Below, piece after piece: positions 62,266 through 64,000 of a stretch of DNA of 64,000 nt. The position numbers and the translations under genes are program-made. Within the stretch, counting starts at the first letter, position 1. The number at the start of each line of letters is the position of its first letter. The DNA is from the human T2T-CHM13v2.0 reference genome, Homo sapiens, in the NCBI RefSeq assembly GCF_009914755.1, contig NC_060944.1. The stretch is one strand, 5' to 3'. The notes beneath the pieces are model-generated. The model was not told the origin of the DNA. It saw nothing but the letters and a program-made list of their open reading frames with translations, and did not search any database.

Positions 62266-63277
62266 TCACTACAAAAAATAAAAATAAAATTAGCCAGATG
62301 TGTTGGCTCATGCTAATGGTCACAGCTACTCAGAAGGCTTAGTTGTGAGGATCCCTTGACCTTGAGCCCAGGAGGGCAAGGCTGCAATGAGCTGTGACCA
62401 TGCCACTGCACTCCAGCCTGGGAGACAGAGGGAGACCTCGTCTCAGAAAAAGAAAAAATTATCCACAGCTCGAGAAAGAGAGAAAATGGTAAAAGATTGT
62501 AATTTGTAAATATTTCTGATATGGGTTTTATATTGTGTACTTTTAAACATATAACACTTATTCTGTGCTACTCATTTGTTAATATATTTATGACCTTCTT
62601 TCCGAAGAGACAAAAGACAAAATATTAAAAATATTTCAATACCAAATAAACTAAAAATTAGAATTGGTGATTCAAATCAGGTTTTAAGAGTGGGGTACAG
62701 AAAGAAATTGTTACTATCGTTGTACAACAGATTTTGTCTCAGAGTTTGACTATATTAATAGGAACTTTAAAAGATGTAGCTCTCATAAAATAATTATTTC
62801 AGTCCAATGGGAGGGAAAAACACTCCTTCAGAAAACAAAACTTTTCTTCACACAAAAGTCACAAGGAAATTTTTTGGATAGAATTCTTACAAGGACCTTT
62901 TTGCCCAGTTAACCATGTGCTACCTTGTGCTACTATTTATGCCTTAAGTAATCAGTGTGAGGGAGTTTTGGTTTTGGCTTTGGTTTTTGTTCTTACTCTG
63001 ATGTCTTCCCTTGTCTCACTCTGTCACCAAGGCTGGAGTGCAGTGGCATGATCATGACTTACTGCAGCTTCGACGTCCCTGGGCTCAAGTGATCCTCCCA
63101 CCTCAGCCTCCCAAGTAGCAGGGACTATGGGTATGCACCACCATGCCCAGCTGATTTTTTTTATTTTGGGGGCTTGCTGTGTTGCCCAGGCTAGACTCAA
63201 AACTCCTGGGCTTGGCCCGTCGCAGTGGCCCACGCCTATAATCCCAGCACTTTGGGAGGCCGAGGCCATCCTGGCTA

Positions 63278-63557
<280 letters not shown>

Positions 63558-63789
63558 CTACACTCAGCCAGAATATACTGTTTGAAGCTAATACGGAAAT
63601 ATTTTGTAATTCAGCAACTTATTTGAAAGACTTGGTGAAAAGATTGGTGGTGGCATAGCTGTAGTTTACAATAACTGATTTGATTTGGATTTAATTGATA
63701 AAGAGTCTAGTTCAGGAATTTCAGTTACTCCTCTTACTTATGTTAGCATTAGAGTTGTATGTTGGAGTTTTTGTTTTCTTTTATGTGAG

Positions 63790-63957
63790 GATGAAGAGGA
63801 AGCCGGCTTATTGGAGCTCTTAAAATCCCAGATTTGTGATAATGCCGCACTCTATGCACAAAAGTACGATGAAGAATTCCAGCGATACCTGCCTCGTTTT
63901 GTTACAGCCATCTGGAATTTACTAGTTACAACGGGTCAAGAGGTTAAATATGATTTG
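63790..63957 (+). CDS. CSE1L: CSE1L exon 9 (residues 257-312)
   Basis: tgtgag|GAT...TTG|gtaaga; DEEEAGLLELLKSQICDNAALYAQKYDEEFQRYLPRFVTAIWNLLVTTGQEVKYDL. Confidence 0.92.
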
Positions 63958-64000
63958 GTAAGATGATGGTGGAGACAAATAATTAAAAGACATTCTCTCC

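Overview
Human (primate) genomic DNA, very Alu-rich, recognisable as 20q13.13. The + strand carries the last 13 coding exons of ARFGEF2/BIG2 (1744-24699, ending ...[14 protein letters not shown]-stop). A ~3.5 kb Alu-free 3'UTR follows, to about 28195. Next come an Alu-interrupted, 3'-truncated SNAP23 processed pseudogene on the - strand (29861-30460) and a probable divergent lncRNA (CSE1L-DT, - strand). The CSE1L CpG-island promoter lies at ~37700-38450, followed by CSE1L/exportin-2 exons 1-9 (ATG at 49974; gene continues past the window). All exons were checked by hand for GT-AG boundaries and phase continuity; exon numbers and gene names are from recall of the proteins. The least explained signal is a set of four related ~120-150 bp non-Alu elements, one each in ARFGEF2 introns 26, 27, 35 and 36. 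They share TCTAAATGG and a GATRA..TGRRAGTC motif and have pairing potential, so they may be an unannotated intronic RNA/element family. Other points of note: a GAG acceptor on in-frame CSE1L exon 9, a 71-nt intron, an ATG-TGA start-stop in the CSE1L 5'UTR, a consensus-identical AluYc1, and neuronal miRNA seeds beyond a proximal poly(A) site. Repeat boundaries are approximate and family names are by eye.
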